The notes under the pieces were generated by a model that searched no databases, had not been told where the DNA came from, and saw only the letters and a list, made by a program, of their open reading frames with translations. Below, piece by piece: positions 45,601 through 55,606 of a stretch of DNA of 64,000 nt (the first letter of the stretch is position 1; the number at the start of each line of letters is the position of its first letter). The DNA is from a virus (Duplodnaviria; Caudoviricetes). The stretch lies in the IMG/VR virus record IMGVR_UViG_3300020050_010116, positions 1 to 64,000 of that record. One strand, written 5' to 3'. A program made the translations under genes and the position numbers.

Positions 45601-48600
45601 GCAAAACAACTTTTTGCTTGGCAATACACTGAAAAATGGCTGAAAAATTGGAACGCTGATTTCTTCTTGGCAACACCTGACTTGCAAGCTTTTGCTATGG
45701 CGAACTACACGAATGCTAATATAGGTTTTATAAGTGCAGAATTTAAAAAAGCTGGTTTAAGAAATTTTCAATCCTTACCTTTAGAGCAAAGATTAGCTCT
45801 ATTATCAGTGGCTCACTTAACTGGTGCAGACACTGTAGTTGATTTTATGAGAGGTGTTGTTAAGAAAGATGCTAACGGTGTTAAAAATAAATCCCGTTAT
45901 GATGAAATGCTTGCAGTTCAAAAACAACTGATATCTGGCCCACTTACAGGAACAACAGATACTACAGTAGAAAAATATAGTGTTGTCTTCATTGAGGCTG
46001 TAAATGGGGTAACATTTAAAGGAAAAGACTTAAGAACTAACAAAGAGTTTAATTACAGATTTCACGGTTCGTCTGAAGCACTCGAGTCGGGTAAGATTAA
46101 TTTTGAGGCGCTTGGTAAGAATTCTGCAGACCTAGATAGGACACTAAAATCACGTTTAACTACTTTTATGAAGAGACACCCTAATCTTCTAGCACAAGAT
46201 CAAGGAGATACTGCTGCAGGTGACAAGTTAGTTGTAGTGACTTCAGGGAATAATAACTTAAATAATTTAGTATTAGCTGAGGGTTTTGGATTTATAGATC
46301 CAGTTTTTAAATCAAACAGTGCTTATTTAAAAAATACACAGGCTGCAGAAGGAGCTGAGCGAGGCGTATTTGCTCTCTTAAATAAAGATGGAGTTATTAG
46401 TTCAAAAGATGCTAAGAGTGCTTTAGACAACGGAATAAGATCAACTAAAAAATTTACAGATAATGAATTAAGAGTAGCCTCTAATGTTAATTCATTATCT
46501 GCCAATACCGATAAAGGAAAAGTTCTTCAGGTAAGCCAAGCTCCATTTTTAAACAAAGAAGCTAAGTTTGTTATTAGCTCAGGTTTTGGCATAAGAACCA
46601 TAGATGGTAAGACAGGTCCGCACAAAGGTATAGACATTGTATGTACGACAAGAAGTGTGCAAGGAATGGAATTAGTCTCTTTAGCTGACGGTGTTGTTGA
46701 GTCAGTTAATAAAAATGCCGAAGGATATGGTTATGTTGTTAGGGTAGCTCACGGAGGTGATTACAGCACTGTTTACGGACATATGAGTAGAATTGATGTG
46801 AAACAAGGCCAAAGGGTTATAGCCAATAAAACAATACTTGGCCTTGCCGGGGGTGCTAAAAAGACCGTAGGGGCGGGGCGTTCAAGAGGTGCTCACTTAC
46901 ACTATGAAATCTTGTATAAAAATAAGCATATAAATCCTTACAAAATACTTGATTTAGGTCTCGCTGCAGGAGGTCTTGGTGGTATCCTTGAAGGTATCTA
47001 TAATCCGTCTGCAGTGGCTGCCCCTAGCTTTAATACTAAGAAATTTACTGAAACTGTACCTAGCAGCCGCCTAGTTGTTCAAAGCGTATACGACGAATCT
47101 CTCTTGTTAAATAAGATTGTTGAGAAATTAAACAAAAATGTTAACAAAGGAATGGCACAAGCTTTTCCTACTATCAAAGTTTACATTACTGTGGGCAACG
47201 AAGATCAAGATTATTGGTTAGGTCTTGATGCATCAACAATAGAATATTATGAATTAAAAGGTATTAGAGACTTCTCTCTTGTAACCAGTAATCAAAATAA
47301 CCCTATTGATGTTGTAAGTATGGTAGTCGCTGATCCTAATTTTATTAAAAGTGATGAAGTTACTAGCATACTTTCAAGTGTATACTATAAAGACGAAGAC
47401 GGTAATTTAACAAAGACTACGGATACCAATGGTATTTCTATAGATGCAATAGGTACTGATTACGAGAGACAATTTAAGAATAATAGAATCAAACTTAGGC
47501 CGGGGATGAAGCTTCATATACGTTTAGGATATGAAAATAACCCGAATAATCTTGATATCGTCTTTAATGGTTCAGTGATTAATACACAAAATGTAAGCGC
47601 TAATTCTATTAGAGTTGTTGCTGAAAGTTTTGGTAAAGAACTTCTTACAGAAGTACTAGGAACCACGGAGCCACAACGTTTAGGTGGCGGATGGAATAGC
47701 TCTACAGGATCTATTTTTGCTGACTTAATGTTACTACCGGGAATATTTCATTTTGGTAAATCTTATTCCTTTCTAAGGATGGTTGCACAGTTTACGTTAG
47801 GCGATGAGATTGATCCAGAAGCTAAGAGCCTACTACGCGGCAACACTAACTCTCTTTCCCAATCATTTAGTAATGATGGCAGTGCAAATCCTTTTAACAC
47901 CAATTACTACTTAGGTTTTAAAATCTTTAGTAATGTTGTTCAAAGATCTAGAGTGTATACGAATATATACGCCGCAGACATAGAACATGTTGATAGTGAA
48001 TTTGATTCTCCTGTGGCTAATCTATTTGCTAATTCACTGTTTAATTTAAATAGAGCAATCACGTACGATTATTTTGCTGTAAGTGAAACTCCTTGGGAAA
48101 CAATGAAACAGATGACTTATCGTCATCCCGGAACTATAGTCAAACCAATGTGGTACCAAGATCGTTGTACTCTATTTTATGGAATAAAAGAACAGCTGTA
48201 TATTGCTAGAGACGCTGATAATGTTCTTATGAAAGAAACTGTCATTGACAAAGATAACAGCCCAGAAGAACAGTTAGCATTACCAAAGTACGCAGAAGTT
48301 CGTTCTCAACGTATGGAACCAGCATGTAATTTCCATATTTTAAGTACAGAGTTAAATATCATAAATAACGCTATTAAACTAAATGGTAATTATTTTACTA
48401 AGGTAAACGTTGCTTATAGAGATGATAACGATGATATTACAACTATATCTGATTGGGAGACTCTGCAGATGTCTTTGGATGATAACTTATCCCCTTGGTC
48501 GATAAGAAGCACTGAGTTGACTTTAAGTGGTTGCGACAAGCGTTACATGGCTTATAGATATGGTACTCAATTCTTGCTAGAAGAGGCTGAAAAGATGTAT

Positions 48601-49761
48601 GAAGGCAAGATTCTTATTGTAGGTAATCCAACGATGAAAGCAGGAGATTATGCTTTCATAAAAGATACTAACAAGAGAATGTTTGGTATTATTAAGATCA
48701 GAGAATGTAAGCATCATTTTAATGAAAAAGATGGTTTCATTACGGAGATCACTCCAGGCCAATTCGTAGAACCTGCTGAGTTTGTAAGGTCTACTTTCTT
48801 TCTTAGATTAGGTCTCGTAGCTAAAGGTCTTATGGATATAAAATCTAAGAGTCTGTTAAGTAAAGCTTTTAGTAGCGAAAGTCTTCAGATGTTTGTTAAC
48901 TACTTGTATCTACAAGATCAGTTTGCAAAGTTAAATGAAATATCTGGTAGTGCTGATATATTAAAGATTGATACATACGTAGCAGGTTTAACTGAAGATC
49001 CAGGGTTTACGTTAACCCACTTCAGCATGGGGGCATTCTTTACTTATCTAACTTACCGTACAGGTAAGAATTTAATTCTAAAGACAGGTTTTAATTCTAG
49101 ATTTGGTTTCTTTAATAAAGGGGCTCTTCAAGCTCTAAGTAAAGCGGCCTCAGATACTGGAGCGTACTTAACAAGAACTTTTGGGAAACAAGCCTTAGTG
49201 GCCGGAGGAAGATTAGCACTATTTAACGGATTATTAACTTTAGATAAATTTTGGTACGGCCCTGATAAAGCAGCCCTTCTTGCCAGAGGTGCATTAAGAT
49301 TACCCGTTATTGGAGTAAACCTGACAGCTAGACTTTTAGTAAGAAGTGCAATTGTAACTGCTAGTACAACAATGCTAGGAATAAGTATATTTAACCCTAT
49401 TGGTTTTCTTGTTACTGTTGCCATAAGCTTAGCTATCTCTTGGGCTAATGCTAAGATAGAAGAGAACAAATACACTCGCCAACCAGCTTTATTCTACCCT
49501 CTTGTATACCATGGTAAATATTATGTTGCTGGTATGGATGGTGCTGTTAGAAATACCTACTTTGATTCACTAATCTTAGAAGGTAAGACAACTATAGCTC
49601 AAATACAAAAAGCAGCAACAATCGTAGATAAGAAGAGACAATTAACTGGTAACTCTACTCTATTCCCCGGTTTCTTGAAAAACCGTGAATACAAAAGAAG
49701 AGTTACTTTTGAACTTGATTCTGAAGGTAACGTTGTAAAAAATCTTTATGGAGTTAATTAA
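42679..49761 (+). CDS. Multidomain baseplate hub / tail lysin (lytic transglycosylase-like, degenerate SNase-like, M23 peptidase and hub domains)
   Basis: HRE(937)S...GKYQ is lysozyme-like. H(1315)KGID(1319) with H(1406)LH(1408)YEI is an M23 peptidase. LRPGMKLHIRLGY...FNG and GNPTMKAGD are hub-type motifs. Confidence 0.8.
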   Translation: MKQKEVFIINDVTLDVNPSDIRLIDDTYAMRESYLRSNAVFSHKSKYASSKIVVTIPVQSKDINNLFSYKDYSDLSGIVKVIIQLNNYPFCFIKSKRIESYVSPTAVSEKTNFMIFAVDELNIVTKSELNDVMLLEVVLVYFNHKPFVDDFTFARTLNTSSNPVDINENSNIKFETEYLYNDVGVTSLEESEAWSRYFNKTLSDIKYKVTRENANTFFKGTRGNHFLNSIKLAIGVPTVKVITLDSAQTDFSLVNEETKLVVSSNTELTQEELYTNLLTNKSAQDFRNILREDKQFKELVGEVNPETIIDKITNFKAEKKAEFFKRHKVFAIDYVDMDLTTLNIAVQSFEYRKKNRLAINHIGSLKHPVVQFMGRYPTELSINFTSNINRQYEGEYSPDRSISAIVKEQFNIIDYNASLYPEVTAYNNLKIKTTPTLLTGNVRYLPNQVHISATSQQQGLDSFACTFVESDLTELFKLGEVVNSGKKGGSQLAEFSHKAVQQFLREMKQLLQDKNKINSLSEVDKEILLNLYSRCLQLINMIYQEFGAKDVTELGVDDLVEKVKESDYYLLALLFTTYDPGEPFSAATVLAGFAGVALIASGVGLIATGVGLIATAATYLVADQFQEEINLSPYNYKLLFNNDEEKSTPVVQLNLKLLEGVQSKELILNLIQARLNIVTNTNVSSFKSKIQFREFPETINAFREILSYMQLGAEKGNKICQKVVSSFNKQFFELIGQQTVSFTGQAIPDIKLEKLVNNYVTVSDSIVQNINPFFFLREYKHFEDLEIEEIFNQVTELNNALEDATGITDTIVEIVAEEPLIDKVAGDPDALSYQSAKINYVMPIQAEYKYATVPEPLLKFESALAEVERQERVKNKTPLTNSTSPAYTPFRDNSVPLINDIKRDHDREVLLKYKSRVNLPLTDDQWLYYANTIAHRESRYRHDIKGGARNAYIGKYQLGTGALVEGQVLDRASSAKQLFAWQYTEKWLKNWNADFFLATPDLQAFAMANYTNANIGFISAEFKKAGLRNFQSLPLEQRLALLSVAHLTGADTVVDFMRGVVKKDANGVKNKSRYDEMLAVQKQLISGPLTGTTDTTVEKYSVVFIEAVNGVTFKGKDLRTNKEFNYRFHGSSEALESGKINFEALGKNSADLDRTLKSRLTTFMKRHPNLLAQDQGDTAAGDKLVVVTSGNNNLNNLVLAEGFGFIDPVFKSNSAYLKNTQAAEGAERGVFALLNKDGVISSKDAKSALDNGIRSTKKFTDNELRVASNVNSLSANTDKGKVLQVSQAPFLNKEAKFVISSGFGIRTIDGKTGPHKGIDIVCTTRSVQGMELVSLADGVVESVNKNAEGYGYVVRVAHGGDYSTVYGHMSRIDVKQGQRVIANKTILGLAGGAKKTVGAGRSRGAHLHYEILYKNKHINPYKILDLGLAAGGLGGILEGIYNPSAVAAPSFNTKKFTETVPSSRLVVQSVYDESLLLNKIVEKLNKNVNKGMAQAFPTIKVYITVGNEDQDYWLGLDASTIEYYELKGIRDFSLVTSNQNNPIDVVSMVVADPNFIKSDEVTSILSSVYYKDEDGNLTKTTDTNGISIDAIGTDYERQFKNNRIKLRPGMKLHIRLGYENNPNNLDIVFNGSVINTQNVSANSIRVVAESFGKELLTEVLGTTEPQRLGGGWNSSTGSIFADLMLLPGIFHFGKSYSFLRMVAQFTLGDEIDPEAKSLLRGNTNSLSQSFSNDGSANPFNTNYYLGFKIFSNVVQRSRVYTNIYAADIEHVDSEFDSPVANLFANSLFNLNRAITYDYFAVSETPWETMKQMTYRHPGTIVKPMWYQDRCTLFYGIKEQLYIARDADNVLMKETVIDKDNSPEEQLALPKYAEVRSQRMEPACNFHILSTELNIINNAIKLNGNYFTKVNVAYRDDNDDITTISDWETLQMSLDDNLSPWSIRSTELTLSGCDKRYMAYRYGTQFLLEEAEKMYEGKILIVGNPTMKAGDYAFIKDTNKRMFGIIKIRECKHHFNEKDGFITEITPGQFVEPAEFVRSTFFLRLGLVAKGLMDIKSKSLLSKAFSSESLQMFVNYLYLQDQFAKLNEISGSADILKIDTYVAGLTEDPGFTLTHFSMGAFFTYLTYRTGKNLILKTGFNSRFGFFNKGALQALSKAASDTGAYLTRTFGKQALVAGGRLALFNGLLTLDKFWYGPDKAALLARGALRLPVIGVNLTARLLVRSAIVTASTTMLGISIFNPIGFLVTVAISLAISWANAKIEENKYTRQPALFYPLVYHGKYYVAGMDGAVRNTYFDSLILEGKTTIAQIQKAATIVDKKRQLTGNSTLFPGFLKNREYKRRVTFELDSEGNVVKNLYGVN
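44459..44521 (+). repeat. 21-nt tandem repeat (two identical copies plus one 17/21 copy) encoding GVxLIA(S/T)
   Basis: caggtgttggtttaatagcaa at 44480-44500 and 44501-44521, with ctggtgttgctttaatcgcat at 44459-44479. Confidence 0.9.
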
Positions 49762-50444
49762 TGACAAAAGTTACAGATCTTAAACATAACTTAGATCGTT
49801 ACAAAGAATCGTATCAATTAGGTACGATTCTTACTGTAACTCAAGATAAGAATAATTTTATACACGCTATAGTGCAAAAGGATGATTCTGACATAGCTGA
49901 TCCTTCACATGTTGACTCTTTAATATTTAACGATTATAATGTAGGCCCAAATGGGGATAAAAAACTATTAGCTATGCTTTTTATCCCCATAACTAATTTA
50001 ATTGGAAATGCTTATGAGAATATAGAAAGTTATGTAGGCATGAGAGTTAAGGTAAGACTAGTTGACGGTATTGCTAGAGATGCTATTGTACTTCCTGAAG
50101 CTTTTCTTAGTTTCTCTCAACAAAAAACTATTAAAAAGGTTCTTACTGAGTCCAAAACAAAAGACGTTCTCGACAAAGAATTTGAAAATGAGATAAGTGA
50201 GTTGTTAGGGCTTGAGTTGAATGATCTAGGTTTTATTAATTTGCAGGGAAATGACTCTTTTGTTAAAGTAGTCGTTCCTTCAGGCCATGCAACAACAGAT
50301 CAGAAAATACAAAATGAAAACACAAAGAATGATAAGCGCTTAGTACTTAAAGAAGAAATTACAACTATACAAGGAAATAACCTACTATCTAAAATGAAAA
50401 CTGCGTTGTGTCACACACCAGCTAAATTTTTATCAGGTAAATAA
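49761..50444 (+). CDS. Baseplate protein, possible spike N-terminal OB-like part
   Basis: 227 aa directly after the hub gene. VGMRVKVRLVDG resembles a gp5-N/gpV OB-fold strand. The assignment relies on synteny. Confidence 0.4.
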   Translation: MTKVTDLKHNLDRYKESYQLGTILTVTQDKNNFIHAIVQKDDSDIADPSHVDSLIFNDYNVGPNGDKKLLAMLFIPITNLIGNAYENIESYVGMRVKVRLVDGIARDAIVLPEAFLSFSQQKTIKKVLTESKTKDVLDKEFENEISELLGLELNDLGFINLQGNDSFVKVVVPSGHATTDQKIQNENTKNDKRLVLKEEITTIQGNNLLSKMKTALCHTPAKFLSGK

Positions 50445-50448
50445 TCTT

Positions 50449-50757
50449 ATGCTTTTAAAATCAAATAATGCGTCTTCATCTTTTGTAGATATTCAAGACG
50501 AGTATACTCAAATTGCCAGCGGGCCTAACTCAATAACAACTACAAGAGACGCTGGGAACTTTATAAACGGCCCTGTATCTTTCTCAAGCCCTCCTTCTTC
50601 TTATCGTTTCGGAGGAGTTTTTCGTTTTAATCCGTTAATAGCCACTTGTGTGCCTTCAACTATTGCCACACCTATCTCTACATTAACACTAGATGTACCA
50701 ATTAAAAATATAACTACGCTCTCTGCTATTACTGGTATTATAGCTTCTCTTCTTTAA
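50449..50757 (+). CDS. Small baseplate/spike-associated protein
   Basis: 102 aa with short beta-strand periodicity (TQIASGPNSITTTRDAGNFINGP), located before the gp25-like gene. Confidence 0.45.
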   Translation: MLLKSNNASSSFVDIQDEYTQIASGPNSITTTRDAGNFINGPVSFSSPPSSYRFGGVFRFNPLIATCVPSTIATPISTLTLDVPIKNITTLSAITGIIASLL

Positions 50758-50766
50758 GGAATAAAC

Positions 50767-51162
50767 ATGGATTTTAATTACGATTTAGAACTGCACATAG
50801 AGACTGGAGACATACAGATTGTAAATCAAGATATACCTCTTATAAATAATTATAAGAAATATCTGCTAACTTACACTAATAACATCCTTCTTAGCGGTTA
50901 TGATAGCATATTTAATGACCCTTCTTTCGGAGCTAATTTATCTTCATTCATAGGTACTGGTATTAACGATCAGTTACTAGAACGAATTAAGTTAAATATT
51001 ACTAATGCTTTAACTGCAGAAGGAAGTATCTCTAAGAGTATTTTTACTGTAATTGCTACTGAATTAAAAAATACAATTTATGTTAGGGTTATTTTTACAA
51101 CTGAGTCTGATACATTCTCCACTAATTTACAAATAACAAAAGAAGGAGTAGAACTTGACTAA
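50767..51162 (+). CDS. gp25-like baseplate wedge protein
   Basis: DLELHIETGDI, DPSFGANLSSFIG and ERIKLNITNAL match the gp25/GPW pattern. Confidence 0.85.
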   Translation: MDFNYDLELHIETGDIQIVNQDIPLINNYKKYLLTYTNNILLSGYDSIFNDPSFGANLSSFIGTGINDQLLERIKLNITNALTAEGSISKSIFTVIATELKNTIYVRVIFTTESDTFSTNLQITKEGVELD

Positions 51163-52282
51163 TCAATTAACTATAGATTCAGGAAAAATCTACAATAATT
51201 TAATATCTAATTTAAATATGTTAGATATTAGTAAAGATTCCGCTGTATATAAAACAGTTCAACCTGTTATAGATGAAATGAATTCATTTCTAATTTACGC
51301 TAACAATATAACTAAAGAGTTTAATACTACTACCGCTAGCTTTGTATCTCTACAGAGGGAGGCAGCTAATTATAATATTTTCAGACGTTCTTTTAATGAT
51401 CTAATTATTGATACACCTATGGAGGCTTTAAAAATAAGCGTAGATCCTTTGAATGTATTCGGAGATATTCAAAATACAACTCTGTATAAGAAAGGGGCTA
51501 TTATAAACATAGGTAATATATCTATAACATTTTTAAAAGATGTTGTCCTTAGTAATAGTACTGATACTCCGTCTATTAATGCTAAATTAAGTTTAGTTAA
51601 CGTTGACACCTATTACATAGAAGATGGTAGCACCTATTTAGTAACCCCTACTACAAACACAACCTTAGTACCAAATGCATCGTTAACTTTTACAAGAAAT
51701 ATCGGTATTGTAAATATACAAGAAAGTATTGAAGACTTCAGATTAAGAATTATTGCAGCTAAGAGTCTTCCTTTTCGTAATTCAAATAGCGTACTTAATC
51801 AGCTTGTGTTAGAAGTGCCTGGAATTACTAATATAGATGTTGCTACGGAAGAAGATAGTAGCTTCAACAGAATTTACGTGTACACTGAGCGATTATATAC
51901 CACAGGAATAGATGTGTTAATTAATACTGGTTTAATCCCTGCAGTACAATCGGTCCTTAGTGATAAATTAGATTTTAAAATCAAGACGGAAGTATTAAGC
52001 GCAACCCCATTAGAATTAAATATTAACGTAAGCACTTTGAGTTCTAATGTGAGTACAGAAACAGTTAGGGCAACTCTTAATAAAACACTCAGGCAGTATA
52101 AAAACTTAGATAAAAATACTTTATACAACTTATTAAAAAGTCAAATAACAGATTTAAACAAAGTCTCGATTGAATTAAAATCTATCAGTATATTTGAAAA
52201 TAATTTAAATCTGGTCACAGATGCTCCTATCGTACTACCAGAAGGGCGTTTCTTTTATATAAGTAAATTATCTGGAATCTAA
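51155..52282 (+). CDS. Baseplate J / gp6-like wedge protein
   Basis: ESIEDFRLRI and LEVPGITNIDV motifs, located after the gp25-like gene. Confidence 0.8.
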   Translation: MTNQLTIDSGKIYNNLISNLNMLDISKDSAVYKTVQPVIDEMNSFLIYANNITKEFNTTTASFVSLQREAANYNIFRRSFNDLIIDTPMEALKISVDPLNVFGDIQNTTLYKKGAIINIGNISITFLKDVVLSNSTDTPSINAKLSLVNVDTYYIEDGSTYLVTPTTNTTLVPNASLTFTRNIGIVNIQESIEDFRLRIIAAKSLPFRNSNSVLNQLVLEVPGITNIDVATEEDSSFNRIYVYTERLYTTGIDVLINTGLIPAVQSVLSDKLDFKIKTEVLSATPLELNINVSTLSSNVSTETVRATLNKTLRQYKNLDKNTLYNLLKSQITDLNKVSIELKSISIFENNLNLVTDAPIVLPEGRFFYISKLSGI

Positions 52283-52284
52283 TT

Positions 52285-54384
52285 ATGAACTTAACTCTTG
52301 ATAGCATCACAACAGATATCACACCTACAGTATATAACACCATTTATTTTTTTAAAAACTCCGTTTACCATATTTTAAAAATTAACAGTACAGATGTAAT
52401 CAATAGCGTAACGGATCTTCAACTATTCTACGTAGATATTAATGATAACTTTCATTTAATAGAGTTGGATTATTTTTCACATACAAATAATCAATTAGTT
52501 ATTTATTTTTACAATGACTTAGCTGAAGGAGTCTATAAAAATAAGCTGTTGATTAACACGAAGATTAATAACAAACTGTACAAACAATATATTGTTGGTT
52601 TTAATATTAAAACCGTTATTACAAGCAATTTTAACTTCAACGTAAAAAGAAAAACTTATGTACCTATTGAATCAAATTTTCTAATAACTAGAGCTAAAGC
52701 GAGTGTACCTACTTGGAGCACACCTTTTACAAAAGAAGTTAGCAACTATAGTAAATTACTAGAACCCTCTTATAAGTATATTAATAGCTGTTACAATAAA
52801 CTTAAGGATATAATTAAGAATAAAAGAAATCTAGCCTCGTATCAGGTAAATGAAAAACCTTTCAAAGTAGTCGATAGCTCAGGAAAAAAGCATTTAAATT
52901 ATCATAATTTAAAGTCTTCTAATCATAAGCAAATTAGTACTCCTTATCTACTGGATGTAGAGGCTCCTCATATTACTTTTAAATCTTTTGTCTACCACCC
53001 TAATTTTAATTTTAAAGATGTTGCTTTCTCAGGCACTCACTTGTATATAAAAAAAGAAACAGAGAATACAAACACTGTAATTTTTATAGAGGGTTTTTCA
53101 GGAAACAAACTTGTGTCTGAAAGCCTGAATCTACAAGGTACTAATGTTAAAGCTACGCTGCATAAGTACGATATTCTTATTAAAGTTAATTCTAAAGAAA
53201 GCTTAGAAATCTCAGATCATGTGGACTGCACCAAAAACTTTACGTACTATGATTACAATATAACGCCTACACCTTTATTTATAAACGAACGTCAGAATTT
53301 TGAAGCTTACCTTCCGCAATACCGACTAGAGTCTAATAATCAAGGCGACACACCAGTTCTAGTTATTTATGATAAATTAGAAGTTAAATACAAGTATTCT
53401 TTTACTACGCCAGTTGTAGATTCTTTGTACATTGACGACTCTTTAAATATTTATTGGACTTCTGCTGACACTCTATATCAAAGTAATTTAGGACTCAGCC
53501 AAGATAAACATACTACTAACGTTTATGAGAATTCAAATAAATATCTTTATACTGATACTTCAGAATATTTACTAAACGATTGGATTGAAGTCAGTGCAAA
53601 CTTTCCGTTGCTATTGCAAGACGTTCCTGACACATCTTCTGCTGTATTGAGTGTAACAATAGATGACGTTGTAAAATATTTTAACACTGAATTGAATACC
53701 CTAGTCGATCATAAATATGTTATACAAGGTGATAGTTTAAATAGTATTTATACGTTTTCTATGCTTTGTGATAAGACTGAGGGTTATATAGTAACACTAC
53801 AAACAAACAAAAATAACTACACCCTTAATACAATACCTAAAGTAATTCCATCAGTTAATTTTATAAATCTACCTACAGATAGTTTATTACTTCATGTTTA
53901 CAATAATAAGTTAGTACTTGTTGGAGAACAATATGGTGCTAACTTTATTGGCAACACTTACACAGGTGCTACTACTTTAGTATTTTATTGGAATGGTGTG
54001 CAGTCGTTAGATTTTGATTTGGATTTTTATGGTTATTTGATTAATACTGTTGATAAGCAACTTGATGACTCTTTTATTAAACGATTGACAAGCGACGGTT
54101 CTCGTCTAACAGAATCCTACTTGCTAGACATAAATGAGTTACTAAAAATAAGTCCAAACTCATCTTTGGTATTTAAAGTTAAATCAAAATATTCTAAAGA
54201 AGAGAGCTTAAATAAAACAGCTGTTATTGATGGAGATATAACAGCAACCTGTTTAATTACACTATCTGACGGTACAACTAAATCAATTACTTTACATCCT
54301 TTAATTACAGATACAGAAGAATATGAATATACAATAACTGTAACAGGAAATACAATAACAGAGGCACTTAATGTTAATTATTAA
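52285..54384 (+). CDS. Baseplate wedge-associated protein (hypothetical)
   Basis: 699-aa beta-rich ORF after the baseplate J gene. It contains VPTWS, which may correspond to the P.W motif of wedge proteins. Confidence 0.5.
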   Translation: MNLTLDSITTDITPTVYNTIYFFKNSVYHILKINSTDVINSVTDLQLFYVDINDNFHLIELDYFSHTNNQLVIYFYNDLAEGVYKNKLLINTKINNKLYKQYIVGFNIKTVITSNFNFNVKRKTYVPIESNFLITRAKASVPTWSTPFTKEVSNYSKLLEPSYKYINSCYNKLKDIIKNKRNLASYQVNEKPFKVVDSSGKKHLNYHNLKSSNHKQISTPYLLDVEAPHITFKSFVYHPNFNFKDVAFSGTHLYIKKETENTNTVIFIEGFSGNKLVSESLNLQGTNVKATLHKYDILIKVNSKESLEISDHVDCTKNFTYYDYNITPTPLFINERQNFEAYLPQYRLESNNQGDTPVLVIYDKLEVKYKYSFTTPVVDSLYIDDSLNIYWTSADTLYQSNLGLSQDKHTTNVYENSNKYLYTDTSEYLLNDWIEVSANFPLLLQDVPDTSSAVLSVTIDDVVKYFNTELNTLVDHKYVIQGDSLNSIYTFSMLCDKTEGYIVTLQTNKNNYTLNTIPKVIPSVNFINLPTDSLLLHVYNNKLVLVGEQYGANFIGNTYTGATTLVFYWNGVQSLDFDLDFYGYLINTVDKQLDDSFIKRLTSDGSRLTESYLLDINELLKISPNSSLVFKVKSKYSKEESLNKTAVIDGDITATCLITLSDGTTKSITLHPLITDTEEYEYTITVTGNTITEALNVNY

Positions 54385-54985
54385 TAGAACTTTAACAGGT
54401 ATGTACGGCGTTGAATCATTAAATGTAGGTTTTGAGTTTAATGATATAAACTCTACGCTATTTGTAGAGCAACCCAACAATTATAAATTATATGATAAAT
54501 ATGGTAATATTTCTGAAGTCTTCATAGGCGAAGGGGCTGTTTTCACATCTAGTTCTGTACTGCTAGAGTTAAAAGTTTACAGTGGCTTCGAGGACATCAT
54601 TCAAATACTTGTGGATGGTTCTTCAGTCGTATTACCATTCTCTTTAGAAGAGAGTGTTGTAAGTAACATACGTTACAAATACTACAAAATCAGAGGTTTC
54701 AATAATTACTGTTTGTATCTGGCTAATACCAGTTCAGCAGCTAAAGAGATTAAAATACAAACTAATTATTTACATATAAATGGTAATACTATTTTTAATA
54801 AAGAGTCTGCACAACTCGTATCAAAAAGTTCAACTGCTGTTATTGATACTACTTTAAACCCATATGCCAGACCGTACACAGACCAGCAATTTATTTCTGA
54901 TGTCGATAAAGAAACAATTAACCGCGATCTTATAACAACTACGATAGATAATGCATATACTGTTTTTAATTTGGATGGTATTTAA
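54371..54985 (+). CDS. Hypothetical baseplate-region protein
   Basis: 204-aa coupled ORF. Confidence 0.55.
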   Translation: MLIINRTLTGMYGVESLNVGFEFNDINSTLFVEQPNNYKLYDKYGNISEVFIGEGAVFTSSSVLLELKVYSGFEDIIQILVDGSSVVLPFSLEESVVSNIRYKYYKIRGFNNYCLYLANTSSAAKEIKIQTNYLHINGNTIFNKESAQLVSKSSTAVIDTTLNPYARPYTDQQFISDVDKETINRDLITTTIDNAYTVFNLDGI

Positions 54986-54988
54986 TTC

Positions 54989-55606
54989 ATGGATATAGTA
55001 AAAGATACTTTACGCAATTCTTTGTTTAAGGAAGGTACTGGTGTTCTTATAAACTCGCCAGTGGTTAATACAACTAGTAAACAATACGAGGAATCTCTTT
55101 CTAAGCTTCCTCTGTGTAGGATTAATACTACTAAACACATTAAAAAAGAAAGAGATAATTTATTTATAGATGGAGTCTCACACTCTATACTCGACTTTAA
55201 AATTGGAGATATGCTAAGACTGTTGATTGCCAATGATGTAGATTGTTCTATAATTGACTCTCATGTGTGTTGCAACTTACCTGTTTACCATATAATTGAT
55301 TTTAGTAATAAAGTAAGTAAAAGTATAAAAATACAAGAGAGTCCTTTAAATCTAGAATATATATCTGTAGATAACCATAACATATATACTGAACAAAAAA
55401 CACTAAGCTATACTGTTATTGATAGGAATGGTGAAGATGTCGTTAACGACATAATAGGTACTAATGTATTTACAAATTTAGGCGTAGATACTTATTTAAT
55501 TGTAACGCAAACATCTACAGATTTTGACTTATATTTTGTACTCGACGTTGCCTACACAGACAGTAGCAAAATACTTAATGCAGGAGGTTTTATCAATGTT
55601 TCCTAA
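54989..55606 (+). CDS. Hypothetical baseplate-region protein
   Basis: 205-aa ORF. Confidence 0.55.
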   Translation: MDIVKDTLRNSLFKEGTGVLINSPVVNTTSKQYEESLSKLPLCRINTTKHIKKERDNLFIDGVSHSILDFKIGDMLRLLIANDVDCSIIDSHVCCNLPVYHIIDFSNKVSKSIKIQESPLNLEYISVDNHNIYTEQKTLSYTVIDRNGEDVVNDIIGTNVFTNLGVDTYLIVTQTSTDFDLYFVLDVAYTDSSKILNAGGFINVS

